Assembly: GCF_022045235.1 (NCBI RefSeq)
Contig: NW_027266264.1
Location: forward strand, 13,206,001 to 13,270,000
Direction: 5' to 3'
Origin: Haliotis cracherodii
Lineage: Eukaryota
DNA: 64,000 nt
The translations under genes and the position numbers were made by a program. The notes under the pieces were generated by a model. That model ran no database searches. It was not told the origin of the DNA and worked only from the letters and a program-made list of their open reading frames with translations. Positions 33,528-46,304 of the stretch are shown here, in pieces. The stretch's first letter is position 1. Each line of letters begins with the position of its first letter.

Positions 33528-35166
33528 ATCATCGTATCCTCAATGCTGCCCAGGCGCTACTGGCACGATGCCAGGGATCCACGAAAGATCGAGGGGATGC
33601 GGAAGAATATCAACCGCCGACTGACCAACCGAGTCAAAGAGCTCGGCGGTACAACAGTGCCACATCCCCAGATCCTGGCATCTGACAAGACATGGTACGC
33701 CTGGGAGGGCGTCCACCTCAGTGACAAAGGACTGTGTGTGTTTACGGACAATTTATTGCATGCCCTGGCGCTCGTTTTGCGCCAGTAAGGATATTATCTC
33801 CACAGGTTAGTGTTTCCTTTCAGTACATAAGCAAGCCGGGCAACAATGCTATCTCCGCGTATCGCGTGGCCGTGGGTGTGGGGTAGCACTCTGGTACTTT
33901 GTGGCGGGGTTCTTGTGGGCTACACTGCTAGTAACAAATTAACTTGCTTCCAAATTAATACTCGTGCTTAAGGCTACCTGCTTTTCAGCGGGAACCTTTC
34001 CGGGGTTACCTGCTTCTCAGTGGGAACCTTGTCTTCCCGACTTTTCAGCCGGGGAATCGTAGAATAACATACGTTGGGGCAAACAGTTGCCACGTATATG
34101 GGCCCGGCGGCGGAAGTCGTCTTGTCAAGCGGTAGCTGACAGTTGGGTCCGCGGCGGGAGCCGCACAATGGTTTTGCAAATGGGGCCGGGCAGTGGGATC
34201 TGCTTTGGCCGGCTACCTGGGGCCGGGCAGCGGCAGTCTGACTTAGGCCAGCAGCGTGGAGCTGCTTTTGGCAACGTGGGAGTTGCCAAGCAATGGTAGC
34301 GTTTAAATATGCTACCGTGGGGGCCGGACAGCGGTAGCAGTCTCAGGCCAGCAGCGCTAGCTGCAATCGCCGTCGGCCACGCGCGTGGCCATGGCAACGG
34401 TAGCATTTTTGGTATATACAATTAGCAGCTAAGTAGCCCACTAGTACCTGCACACCCTCGGCCATTTAACCCAATCTCATCTTCTGTTTTATTACAGGCA
34501 CGGGCACCAACGGCTCGGTGGCCCGTGCCTCTCCTTGGCATATCGCGGGATAATTGATATCAAAAGCCACCTTAGTGAGATTATATCTGTACGGAAGCGT
34601 AGTAGGGCACGGTGAATTGTTTTGTCAAAGTATCTGCCACGAAGGACTTATTATCTCCTACGTAGGACTTACTATGGACTAGAATAACTATATCCTACGT
34701 AGGACTTAGTATGGACTAGAATAACCATCTCCTACGTGGGACTTAGTATCTCCTACGTAGGAGATAGTAAGTCCTACGTAGGAAATAGAATATAACCTTT
34801 TATTCCTCCATAAAGAAGAGTACAAAAAAAGCAGAAACTAATAGATGAACATTTATCAGAACAACATATTATTTTGCATGAAATATGCAGAATGGTAATG
34901 CTGATGTATTGAGAGTTAGTTGAACACCATTTTAAACATTGGCTTGACATATTTTACACACACTCGTGCAAAGTCATCAGCATCTTTGTCACATAGTCTG
35001 TAATCTGTTCTACAAGACAACATGCATTCAGTGAGCTTTGCTGAGTCCATACCATGCAGGTAGCAGCTAAAGTCGACATCACCGATATTGATCAACTCCA
35101 TCCAGAGCTGATCACGAATATCGCACGTACATCGCACGTGTTATCACATACGTATAAACCAACATC
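33528..35166 (+). repeat. 1639-bp tandem duplicate of 31889-33527 (retrotransposon 3' end plus host flank)
   Basis: Constant 1639 offset (e.g. ORF ends 32149 and 33788); one substitution seen (32573 T vs 34212 G). Confidence 0.95.
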
Positions 35167-35884
35167 TGTCCATTAAAATAATACACAGACTGGAAACATT
35201 TCTCCTTTCATCGACTCGTGTTTCAATATTGGATATCAAAAGCCACCTTTGAGAGATTTTATCTGTACGGAAGCGTAGTAGGGCACGGTGAATTGTTTTG
35301 TCAAAGTATCTGCTACGTAGGACTTAGTATGGCCTAGAATTACTATCTCCTACGTAGGACTTACTATGGACTAGAATAACTATCTCCTACGTGGAAAGGT
35401 GGGGCATGGGTCTTCTTCTACTTTTGCATAATGCAAATACTTGTTCTGGTTCATAACATGAAATCGTGTGGTTGACATAGAGTGACCGTTTTATAATTAC
35501 AAGATTAAACGCTAGATACAATATATCATATCTAATTTCATCGATGTATGTACATGGTTTTCCCTAGGCTCTAATATCGGACCGTTATCGTGACTGTGTC
35601 TACTAGAAACGTTTTGGAGATCTTTGCATCCCCTCCCACTCCTCACAGAAACACTGGATGTTAGGCTACTTAAATATACCAACACTGACAGCAAACTAGA
35701 TTTCACTCCCTACATGCGATCGATTTGACCAGAAGCCACGGATGTGGTGTNNNNNNNNNNNNNNNNNNNNNNNNNNNNNNNNNNNNNNNNNNNNNNNNNN
35801 NNNNNNNNNNNNNNNNNNNNNNNNNNNNNNNNNNNNNNNNNNNNNNNNNNNNNNNNNNNNNNNNNNNNNNNNNNNNNNNNNNGT

Positions 35885-36266
35885 TGAGTTGAGTTGAGGT
35901 GATGCGAGCGGGGAAGCGAGGCGAGGCGAGGCAAGGTGAGGAGAGGTGAAATGGGGTTTAACGTCGCGTCCAAGATTATTACACTTATAAAGCGACGTGC
36001 ATTCAATGACTGATGACGATTAATACTGCTAGCCCACGGAGATAACATCCTGCAGTTTAACACGAATACCCGACTCAGACATACTACTCACAGTATACTG
36101 ACTCCAAGTTGACCAGTCCTTGTTTTAGCCCCGTAATGCCCAACGCGAGACAGGGTAACAACAAGTACCATATTTTAACGTCTTCTTGTATGACGCGGCC
36201 GGGGATCGAATTCCGAAACGTCCGCTCTCCTGGCGGACGCTCTACCGCTAGACCACGGAGGCGGTT
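35885..36266 (-). mobile_element. SINE family D full length (also 41107-41549 and 61876-62351)
   Basis: Minus-strand tRNA head ACCGCCTCCGTGGTCTAGCGGTAGAGCGTCCGCC...TTCGATCCCCGGCCGCGTC, with pentanucleotide tails (CTCAC/CTCAA/GCACC)n. Confidence 0.85.
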
Positions 36267-37156
36267 GCCATGGATGTGAAGATTCATGCATGTGATTAAG
36301 CCAACACATTCGTTATTCTTCATCAGCAATACAAACCCTAGCTATATGTACGACTAAATCATGCTCTATTCAAATATGAGGACGCTTTTTTATGACATGT
36401 CAAATACAGGGAACACTTCCTGGTTGATAGAAATGCGTTCTTTTCAGTTTACACATAACAAAGGGAGCATTTAAGCTGGGCATACATACAACTGCAACGA
36501 GAAGGGGTGTCACGACATACGGGTAAGTACAGTTCTAGAAAACGACATCTTGCATCCATTGCATCTGAAACAATATTGTGGTGTGTGAGTTCGGTTTAAC
36601 GCCGCTTTTAAAAGTGTTCCAGTTATATCGCGGCGTGTCAGCTTAATGTGGAAGGAAAGCCCGAAGTGGTGCACGTCTCAGACATTTCCCACTTCGGTGA
36701 AACCCACGAGCATGGGTATGGTGCTGACAAACCTAGAAATATAATCGGGGCGAACCGGGATCCAGCTGTATGACGGCGGTATGCAAGTAATCGAAGCTGG
36801 ACCACACAATCCAGTAATTGAGATTATGAGCATCGATCTACGCAGTAGGGATACGATGACATGCATCAACCATGTCAGCGAGCCTGACAACCAGAACCCG
36901 TTAGTTGCCTTTTACGACAAACATAGTCGCCTTTTACGGCAAGCATATGTTGCTGAAAACCTATTCTACCCGTGATCTTCACATGGGTTCACATATGCGT
37001 TAGTATATGCTGATCTCAGTTGGTCATACTTCACATCTCGTTACAAGTACCAATAGTAAGGGTTCAGAGTATCACATTTGAGGCATATGAAAAACGAAAT
37101 ATGTCACTACAAACAATCATATTTGCGTATCATTTCAGGTGATCACCAAATCCAAT

Positions 37157-38464
37157 ATGGCCTCAAAGTCGCCAGTCATCTTCTCGGATACGACACATTT
37201 TGGTGTAGACAACACGACAGCGGAAGTGACGTCATCATTAAATATCAGCGATGAGGAGAAGAACCGTTATCTATCCCACCTTGACGACTCGATGTTTCCC
37301 TTGAGGATACCAGCCGTGGTATATCTTGCCATCCTAATGGTTCTGGGTTTTTTCGGAAACATTCTTGTGCTGATCGTGTACCTTAAGAAATTCAAACCAA
37401 GCCCGACCCGTGTGTTTGTGGTGTGTCTGGCTGTGTTTGACCTCATGACATGCGTCATTTCAATCCCAGGGGAAATCCTGGACATGAGGTACAGTCACAC
37501 GTTCGACTACCCAGCCGTGTGTAAAATGATACGATTCAACAGCACATTCTCCGTGGTGTCCTCAGGATTCACGCTCATAGCTGTTGCTATAGAGAGATAC
37601 AGGAAGATATGTCGGCCTTTGAACAAACAGATCACCATCAGAGTCGCGCGCATCATGGTAGGGATCGCTGTGTCCGTATCACTAGTCATCCCCATCCCGA
37701 CAGTTATTGTCAACGGTAGGAAAACGGTCAAAACAGACAAAGAGGAAATAACAGGCTTCGAGTGTTCCTTTGATGACGGGTGGCGCGATACTCTGTTCCC
37801 CGTGGTCTATATAGGAGTCCTATTCCTCATCTTCTTCGGTTCTCTGAGTGTCCTGGTAGTTATGTACATCCTCATTGGCAGGACTGTGTTTAAACACCGG
37901 AAATTTAAATTCCGTCCGGCAAAGGATACGGAACATCACTCTTCGAATTACACAACCGAGACGTCATTTAAAGATGGAACTGAGAATGGGATCGCCTTCC
38001 GTAACATATCGTCACCCACAGCTACTTGCAATATTTCCAATTCAAACAATGGGACGCTTGGTTTTGACGGTTCGTCTGAGACAAGTTGTACATGTATGAA
38101 TGACACCTCAGCAAATCCCAAGACGCGTAAAGAAGACAAATCCTCGAATAGTGTGAGATCCATAAGAAATAATGCTGCAAAACCAAAAGAAAAATCAAGG
38201 CCCAGAGCGATGAAAACAACGCTTATGTTGTTCATCATCACAGTGGTGTTCATCATCAGTTTCTTACCTCATCTGATCCTGATGATAACTCGATTTATCA
38301 AATCCGACTTTCTGGACTCTTTACAAGGAGCAGGATTCATGGTGTATAATGTATTCCTACGCTCATACTTCATACAGAGTGCAGTTAACTGCATTGTGTA
38401 CAGTTTCTGCAATGAAAGATTCAGAAATGAGTGGAGGAAACTACTCGTTTCTTGTTATCGTTGA
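37157..38464 (+). CDS. Class A GPCR tandem copy B (type II, 435 aa)
   Basis: Intact ORF; acceptor ends at 37138; same motifs as copy A. Confidence 0.93.
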   Translation: MASKSPVIFSDTTHFGVDNTTAEVTSSLNISDEEKNRYLSHLDDSMFPLRIPAVVYLAILMVLGFFGNILVLIVYLKKFKPSPTRVFVVCLAVFDLMTCVISIPGEILDMRYSHTFDYPAVCKMIRFNSTFSVVSSGFTLIAVAIERYRKICRPLNKQITIRVARIMVGIAVSVSLVIPIPTVIVNGRKTVKTDKEEITGFECSFDDGWRDTLFPVVYIGVLFLIFFGSLSVLVVMYILIGRTVFKHRKFKFRPAKDTEHHSSNYTTETSFKDGTENGIAFRNISSPTATCNISNSNNGTLGFDGSSETSCTCMNDTSANPKTRKEDKSSNSVRSIRNNAAKPKEKSRPRAMKTTLMLFIITVVFIISFLPHLILMITRFIKSDFLDSLQGAGFMVYNVFLRSYFIQSAVNCIVYSFCNERFRNEWRKLLVSCYR

Positions 38465-41400
38465 GGGAAAGCAGCTGATATGTAAGACACGGGAGGAAAG
38501 TTTGGAACATAAACAGAACACATTGTCATGTGATGAACGCACAACAAACATGTTCAATCATCGGTTAAATGTTTTGCTGTTCATTCCATGCGTTACGGAA
38601 CGATGACACTTGGATGAATAAATCATAACAATTTGTTGATAATCACAACTTGACGGATGGCTGCCGCTATACAACGATCAATGCAGAGAGACGTGACTAA
38701 TTGTGACGTTATACATTTATGATATATGTAACACCGTCAAGAAGCAACAAGGAGACGACTTCAGAAACTGCAACGTTGTCTTCCCTGGACCACCTGAGAC
38801 TGAGAAATTGTCTGCACAAGATTGGACCACGACAGGAACTGCTATGCCTTGTACTGAGACATCCTCATTAACCCCTATTCTATCTATTAAATTTATCTGT
38901 TATCACCTGCTACATCCGCAGTTGACATATTAATAACTTTTAAGGCATACAGCGACCTGATATAATCTTCAGCAATCTCGACTACCCAGTGCAGTGATGC
39001 TATCGCTATATTATACATTTATCTCTATATTATACATATATATCTATGACCCTTGGTGCACTTTGATACATATATCACATGTAAAATAAGCATCCTGAAA
39101 CACATGGACGACTAGTAACCAACTGTTCTTCATATGCTGATATTAACACATGTTGCAGTGGGATCGAAACGATGACTGGAAGGATAGGCTGTTTAGATGT
39201 ATGTATGTGGAAGACAGCACGGATTGTAACATTGTACCAATAGTTTACCATTATAACACCGTAACACCAGTTTACCATGAATCTGATTCTAATAAATGTC
39301 ATTCATCATCATGCCAACATATCAGATTCAACTCATGTCAGAACTCAACAGATGTCACTGTATTCCAAGCATCACTTTACACATACACGTAGAAAAGGAT
39401 GTTTTGCTATTTATCTCAAATAACATGTTATTCACACCCAGAAACCGCAATCAATATTCAAAATCGATATCTTCAGGATCACGAGTAGCACAGCTACAAG
39501 TAAATTTGTAAACGTAAGGTCGAGTCTCCCACTCATTGGTCGCTCGACCTAATGTTTTCCAGTAACGACTGCTCGTAAATGCAACATATTGATAGTGATA
39601 TCATGAATATTTTATGCACGGATAAGTTGTAATGGATAAGTTGCAAACGTTTCAGTCGAGTTATATACGTGCATGTCAATATTTTACTGTCTTTTGATGT
39701 TAAGGTGATCTAATTCTTGTGATTTTCAAATTGAAACATTGTTAGACATATTTATGCTTCACAATTGTATCAGGAAATAAATAAAATCTCACTCTGTTGT
39801 CTCTTGTTATCACATACGTATAAACCAACATCTGTCCATCAAAATAATACACAGACTGGAAACATTTCTCCTTTCATCGACTCGTGTTTCAATATTTGAT
39901 ATCAAAAGCCACCTTAGTGAGTTTATATCTGTACGGAAGCGTAGTAGGGCACGGTGAATTGTTTTGTCAAAGTATCTGCCACGAAGGACTTATTATCTCC
40001 TACGTAGGACATACTATCTCCTACGTAGGACTTACTATGGACTAGAATAACTATATCCTACGTAGGACTTAGTATGGACTAGAATAACCATCTCCTACGT
40101 GGGACTTAGTATCTCCTACGTAGGAGATAGTAAGTCCTACGTAGGAAATAGTATATAACCTTTTATTCCTCCATAAAGAAGAGTACAAAAAAAGCAGAAA
40201 CTAATAGATGAACATTTATCAGAACAACATATTATTTTGCATTAAATATGCAGAATGGTAATGCTGATGTATTGAGAGGTAGTTGAACACCATTTTAAAC
40301 ATTGGCTTGACATATTTTACACACACTCGTGCAAAGTCATCAGCATCTTTGTCACATAGTCTGTAATCTGTTCTACAAGACAACATGCATTCAGTGAGCT
40401 TTGCTGAGTCCATACCATGCAGGTAGCAGCTAAAGTCGACATCACCGATATTGATCAACTCAATCCAGAGCTGATCACGAATATCGCACGTACATCGCAC
40501 GTGTTATCACATACGTATAAACCAACATCTGTCCATCAAAATAATACACAGACTGGAAACATTTCTCCTTTCATCGACTCGTGTTTCAATATTGGATATC
40601 AAAAGCCACCTTTGAGAGATTTTATCTGTACGGAAGCGTAGTAGGGCACGGTGAATTGTTTTGTCAAAGTATCTGCTACGTAGGACTTAGTATGGCCTAG
40701 AATTACTATCTCCTACGTAGGACTTACTATGGACTAGAATAACTATCTCCTACGTGGAAAGGTGGGGCATGGGTCTTCTTCTACTTTTGCATAATGCAAA
40801 TACTTGTTCTGGTTCATAACATGAAATCGTGTGGTCGACGTAGAGTGACCGTTTTATAATTACAAGATTAAACGCTAGATACAATATATCATGTCTAATT
40901 TCATCGATGTATGTACATGGTTTTCCCTAGGCTCTAATATCGGACCGTTATCGTGACTGTGTCTACTAGAAACGTTTTGGAGATCTTTGCATCCCCTCCC
41001 ACTCCTCACAGAAACACTGGATGTTAGGCTACTTAAATATACCAACACTGACAGCAAACTAGATTTCACTCCCTACATGCGATCGATTTGACCAGAAGCC
41101 ACGGATGTGGTGTGGTGTGGTGCGGTGCGGTGCGGTGCGGTGCGGGGTAGGGAGGGGTGAGTTGAGTTGAGTTGAGTTGAGGTGATGCGAGCGGGGAAGC
41201 GAGGCGAGGCGAGGCAAGGTGAGGAGAGGTGAAATGGGGTTTAACGTCGCGTCCAAGATTATTACACTTATAAAGCGACGTGCATTCAATGACTGATGAC
41301 GATTAATACTGCTAGCCCACGGAGATAACATCCTGCAGTTTAACACGAATACCCGACTCAGACATACTACTCACAGTATACTGACTCCAAGTTGACCAGT

Positions 41401-42438
41401 CCTTGTTTTAGCCCCGTAATGCCCAACGCGAGACAGGGTAACAACAAGTACCATATTTTAACGTCTTCTTGTATGACGCGGCCGGGGATCGAATTCCGAA
41501 ACGTCCGCTCTCCTGGCGGACGCTCTACCGCTAGACCACGGAGGCGGTTGCCATGGATGTGAGGATTCATGCATGTGATTAAGCCAACACATTCGTTATT
41601 CTTCATCAGCAATACAAACCCTAGCTATATGTACGACTAAATCATGCTCTATTCAAATATGAGGACGCTTTTTATGACATGTCAAATACAGGGAACACTT
41701 CCTTGTTGATAGAAATGCGTTCTTTTCAGTTTACACATAACAAAGGGAGCATTTAAGCTGGGCATACATACAACTGCAACGAGAAGGGGTGTCACGACGT
41801 ACAGGTAAGTACAGTTCTAGAAAACGACATCTTGCATCCATTGCATCTGAAACAATATTGTGGTGTGTGAGTTCGGTTTAACGCCGCTTTTAAAAGTGTT
41901 CCAGTTATATCGCGGCGTGTCAGCTTAATGTGGAAGGAAAGCCCGAAGTGGTGCACGTCTCAGACATTTCCCACTTCGGTGAAACCCACGAGCATGGGTA
42001 TGGTGCTGACAAACCTAGAAATATAATCGGGGCGAACCGGGATCCAGCTGTATGACGGCGGTATGCAAGTAATCGAAGCTGGACCACACAATCCAGTAAT
42101 TGAGATTATGAGCATCGATCTACGCAGTAGGGATACGATGACATGCATCAACCATGTCAGCGAGCCTGACAACCAGAACCCGTTAGTTGCCTTTTACGAC
42201 AAACATAGTCGCCTTTTACGGCAAGCATATGTTGCTGAAAACCTATTCTACCCGTGATCTTCACATGGGTTCACATATGCGTTAGTATATGCTGATCTCA
42301 GTTGGTCATACTTCACATCTCGTTACAAGTACCAATAGTAAGGGTTCAGAGTATCACATTTGAGGCATATGAAAAACGAAATATGTCACTACAAACAATC
42401 ATATTTGCGTATCATTTCAGGTGATCACCAAATCCAAT

Positions 42439-43746
42439 ATGGCCTCAAAGTCGCCAGTCATCTTCTCGGATACGACACATTTCGGTGTAGACAACACGAC
42501 AGCGGAAGTGACGTCATCATTAAATATCAGCGATGAGGAGAAGAACCGTTATCTATCCCACCTTGACGACTCGATGTTTCCCTTGAGGATACCAGCCGTG
42601 GTATATCTTGCCATCCTAATGGTTCTGGGTTTTTTCGGAAACATTCTTGTGCTGATCGTGTACCTTAAGAAATTCAAACCAAGCCCGACCCGTGTGTTTG
42701 TGGTGTGTCTGGCTGTGTTTGACCTCATGACATGCGTCATTTCAATCCCAGGGGAAATCCTGGACATGAGGTACAGTCACACGTTCGACTACCCAGCCGT
42801 GTGTAAAATGATACGATTCAACAGCACATTCTCCGTGGTGTCCTCAGGATTCACGCTCATAGCTGTTGCTATAGAGAGATACAGGAAGATATGTCGGCCT
42901 TTGAACAAACAGATCACCATCAGAGTCGCGCGCATCATGGTAGGGATCGCTGTGTCCGTATCACTAGTCATCCCCATCCCGACAGTTATTGTCAACGGTA
43001 GGAAAACGGTCAAAACAGACAAAGAGGAAATAACAGGCTTCGAGTGTTCCTTTGATGACGGGTGGCGCGATACTCTGTTCCCCGTGGTCTATATAGGAGT
43101 CCTATTCCTCATCTTCTTCGGTTCTCTGAGTGTCCTGGTAGTTATGTACATCCTCATTGGCAGGACTGTGTTTAAACACCGGAAATTTAAATTCCGTCCG
43201 GCAAAGGATACGGAACATCACTCTTCGAATTACACAACCGAGACGTCATTTAAAGATGGAACTGAGAATGGGATCGCCTTCCGTAACATATCGTCACCCA
43301 CAGCTACTTGCAATATTTCCAATTCAAACAATGGGACGCTTGGTTTTGACGGTTCGTCTGAGACAAGTTGTACATGTATGAATGACACCTCAGCAAATCC
43401 CAAGACGCGTAAAGAAGACAAATCCTCGAATAGTGTGAGATCCATAAGAAATAATGCTGCAAAACCAAAAGAAAAATCAAGGCCCAGAGCGATGAAAACA
43501 ACGTTTATGTTGTTCATCATCACAGTGGTGTTCATCATCAGTTTCTTACCTCATCTGATCCTGATGATAACTCGATTTATCAAATCCGACTTTCTGGACT
43601 CTTTACAAGGAGCAGGATTCATGGTGTATAATGTATTCCTACGCTCATACTTCATACAGAGTGCTGTTAACTGCATTGTGTACAGTTTCTGCAATGAAAG
43701 ATTCAGAAATGAGTGGAGGAAACTACTCGTTTCTTGTTATCGTTGA
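42439..43746 (+). CDS. Class A GPCR tandem copy C (type II, 435 aa)
   Basis: Intact ORF, 5282 bp after copy B; differs from B by L->F in KTT(L/F)M. Confidence 0.93.
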   Translation: MASKSPVIFSDTTHFGVDNTTAEVTSSLNISDEEKNRYLSHLDDSMFPLRIPAVVYLAILMVLGFFGNILVLIVYLKKFKPSPTRVFVVCLAVFDLMTCVISIPGEILDMRYSHTFDYPAVCKMIRFNSTFSVVSSGFTLIAVAIERYRKICRPLNKQITIRVARIMVGIAVSVSLVIPIPTVIVNGRKTVKTDKEEITGFECSFDDGWRDTLFPVVYIGVLFLIFFGSLSVLVVMYILIGRTVFKHRKFKFRPAKDTEHHSSNYTTETSFKDGTENGIAFRNISSPTATCNISNSNNGTLGFDGSSETSCTCMNDTSANPKTRKEDKSSNSVRSIRNNAAKPKEKSRPRAMKTTFMLFIITVVFIISFLPHLILMITRFIKSDFLDSLQGAGFMVYNVFLRSYFIQSAVNCIVYSFCNERFRNEWRKLLVSCYR

Positions 43747-45196
43747 GGGAAAGCAGCTGATATGTAAGACACGGGAGGAAAGTTTGGAACATAAACAGAA
43801 CACATTGTCATGTGATGAACGCACAACAAACATGTTCAATCATCGGTTAAATGTTTTGCTGTTCATTCCATGCGTTACGGAACGATGACACTTGGATGAA
43901 TAAATCATAACAATTTGTTGATAATCACAACTTGACGGATGGCTGCCGCTATACAACGATCAATGAAGAGAGACGTGACTAATTGTGACGTTATACATTT
44001 ATGATATATGTAACACCGTCAAGAAGCAACAAGGAGACGACTTCAGAAACTGCAACGTTGTCTTCCCTGGACCACCTGAGACTGAGAAATTGTCTGCACA
44101 AGATTGGACCACGACAGGAACTGCTATGCCTTGTACTGAGACATCCTCATTAACCCCTATTCTATCTATTAAATTTATCTGTTATCACCTGCTACATCCG
44201 CAGTTGACATATTAATAACTTTTAAGGCATACAGCGACCTGATATAATCTTCAGCAATCTCGACTACCCAGTGCAGTGATGCTATCGCTATATTATACAT
44301 TTATCTCTATATTATACATATATATCTATGACCCTTGGTGCACTTTGATACATATATCACATGTAAAATAAGCATCCTGAAACACATGGACGACTAGTAA
44401 CCAACTGTTCTTCATATGCTGATATTAACACATGTTGCAGTGGGATCGAAACGATGACTGGAAGGATAGGCTGTTTAGATGTATGTATGTGGAAGACAGC
44501 ACGGATTGTAACATTGTACCAATAGTTTACCATTATAACACCGTAACACCAGTTTACCACGAATCTGATTCTAATAAATGTCATTCATCATCATGCCAAC
44601 ATATCAGATTCAACTCCTGTCAGAACTCAACAGATGTCACTGTATTCCAAGCATCACTTTACACATACACGTAGAAAAGGATGTTTTGCTATTTATCTCA
44701 AATAACATGTTATTCACACCCAGAAACCGCAATAAATATTCAAAATCGATATCTTCAGGATCACGAGTAGCACAGCTACAAGTAAATTTGTAAACGTAAG
44801 GTCGAGACTCCCACTCATTGGTCGTTCGACCTAATGTTTTCCAGTAACGACTCCTCGTAATGATGTCATGACTATTTTATGCACGGATAAGTTGTTATGG
44901 ATAAGTTGCAAACGTTTCAGTCGAGTTATATACGTGCATGTCAATATTTTACTGTCTTTTGATGTTAAGGTGATCTAATTCTTGTGATTTTCAAATTGAA
45001 ACATTGTTAGACATATTTATGCTTCACAATGATATCAGGAAATAAATAAAATCTCACTCTCTTGTCTCTTGTTATCACATACGTATAAACCAACATCTGT
45101 CCATTAAAATAATACACAAATTCGAAACATTTCTCCCTTCATCGACTCTAGTTTTTATATTTGATATCAAAAGCCACCTTTGGGAGATTATATCTG

Positions 45197-45582
45197 TACG
45201 GAAGCGTAGTAGGGCACGGTGAATTGTTTTGTCAAAGTATCTCCTACGTAGGACTTACTATGGACTAGAATAACTATCTCCTACGTAGGACTTACTATGG
45301 ACTAGAATAACTATCTCCTACGTAGGACTTAGTATGGCCTAGAAATACTATCTTCTACGTAGGACTTAGTATGGCCTAGAATTACTATCTCCTACGTAGG
45401 ACTTAGTATGGACTAGAATAACTATCTCCTATGTAGGACTTAGTATCTCCTACGTAGGACTTAGTATCTCCTACGTAGGAGATAGGAAGTCCTACGTAGG
45501 TGATGGTAATTCCTACTTAGGAGATACTTAGTCCTATGTAGGAGATACTTAGACAAAACCGTGGCCCTACTACGCTTCCGTA
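45197..45582. mobile_element. Non-autonomous DNA transposon (MITE), IS3EU-like
   Basis: TIRs TACGGAAGCGTAGTAGGGC-CACGGT / ACCGTGGCCCTACTACGCTTCCGTA; 6-bp TSD TATCTG (45191-45196, 45583-45588); interior is an array of palindromic TCCTACGTAGGA units. Confidence 0.85.
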
Positions 45583-46304
45583 TATCTGTGTATTCAAAAG
45601 CATACTAAGTACTATTAAGGTCATGCCAAGAAACAAAATGTTGATTATACATGTATATTCTTACCCACAAGCAGTGTATGGACTAAACGTCCAATCTTAT
45701 AACAATTTTGTTAAACTCATGATGTATGTCTTAGTCTAAGATGCTGTCTTTTATCCTGCAATGGAGTAACAGTTTGAGTTCCACATAATGGACTGACGTT
45801 ATGGCGCTGTTCAAATTACCTCCCTATCTAACGTATCCTTGGTAACTTTGTTCTTTCATAACCGTCAAGGAAGATGGTGCTATAATATACTTTAACTATA
45901 ATAGTTCAGGGCAAATCTATACTTTATTACACCACACATGGGGAAGAGCAAACTATATTTCTTAACTAGATAATTGGTATTGACAGTAGGTTTATACATA
46001 TCACCAACGTTTAGAGCATGCAGATACATTAACAGTTTGCGTGTTAAAATACAACTAAATGTCATATATCATTTTATATATTGCGGTAAGCTGTCATCTG
46101 ATATGGTGACTCCAAGTGTATGATATACATGTTCATATTTGAGTTGTTTCCTGTCGAAACGTGTTGTTATGTCCTGAATTTGGATGCAATCTGGAAAAGT
46201 GGGGCATGGGTCTTCTTCTACCTTTGCATAATGCAAATACTTGCTCTGGTTCATAACATGAAATCGTGTGGTCGACGTAGAGTGACCATTTTATAATTAC
46301 AAGA

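Noticed and set aside
33528-34553. Second copy of the retrotransposon 3' end read as an Ngaro B2 repeat
   Set aside because: The duplicated unit starts inside the SGNH ORF and includes ~600 bp of host flank, so it post-dates insertion.
45240-45540. Palindromic repeats with short spacers resembling a CRISPR array
   Set aside because: Spacers are near-identical, the array lies inside TIRs with a TSD, the context is eukaryotic and there are no cas genes.
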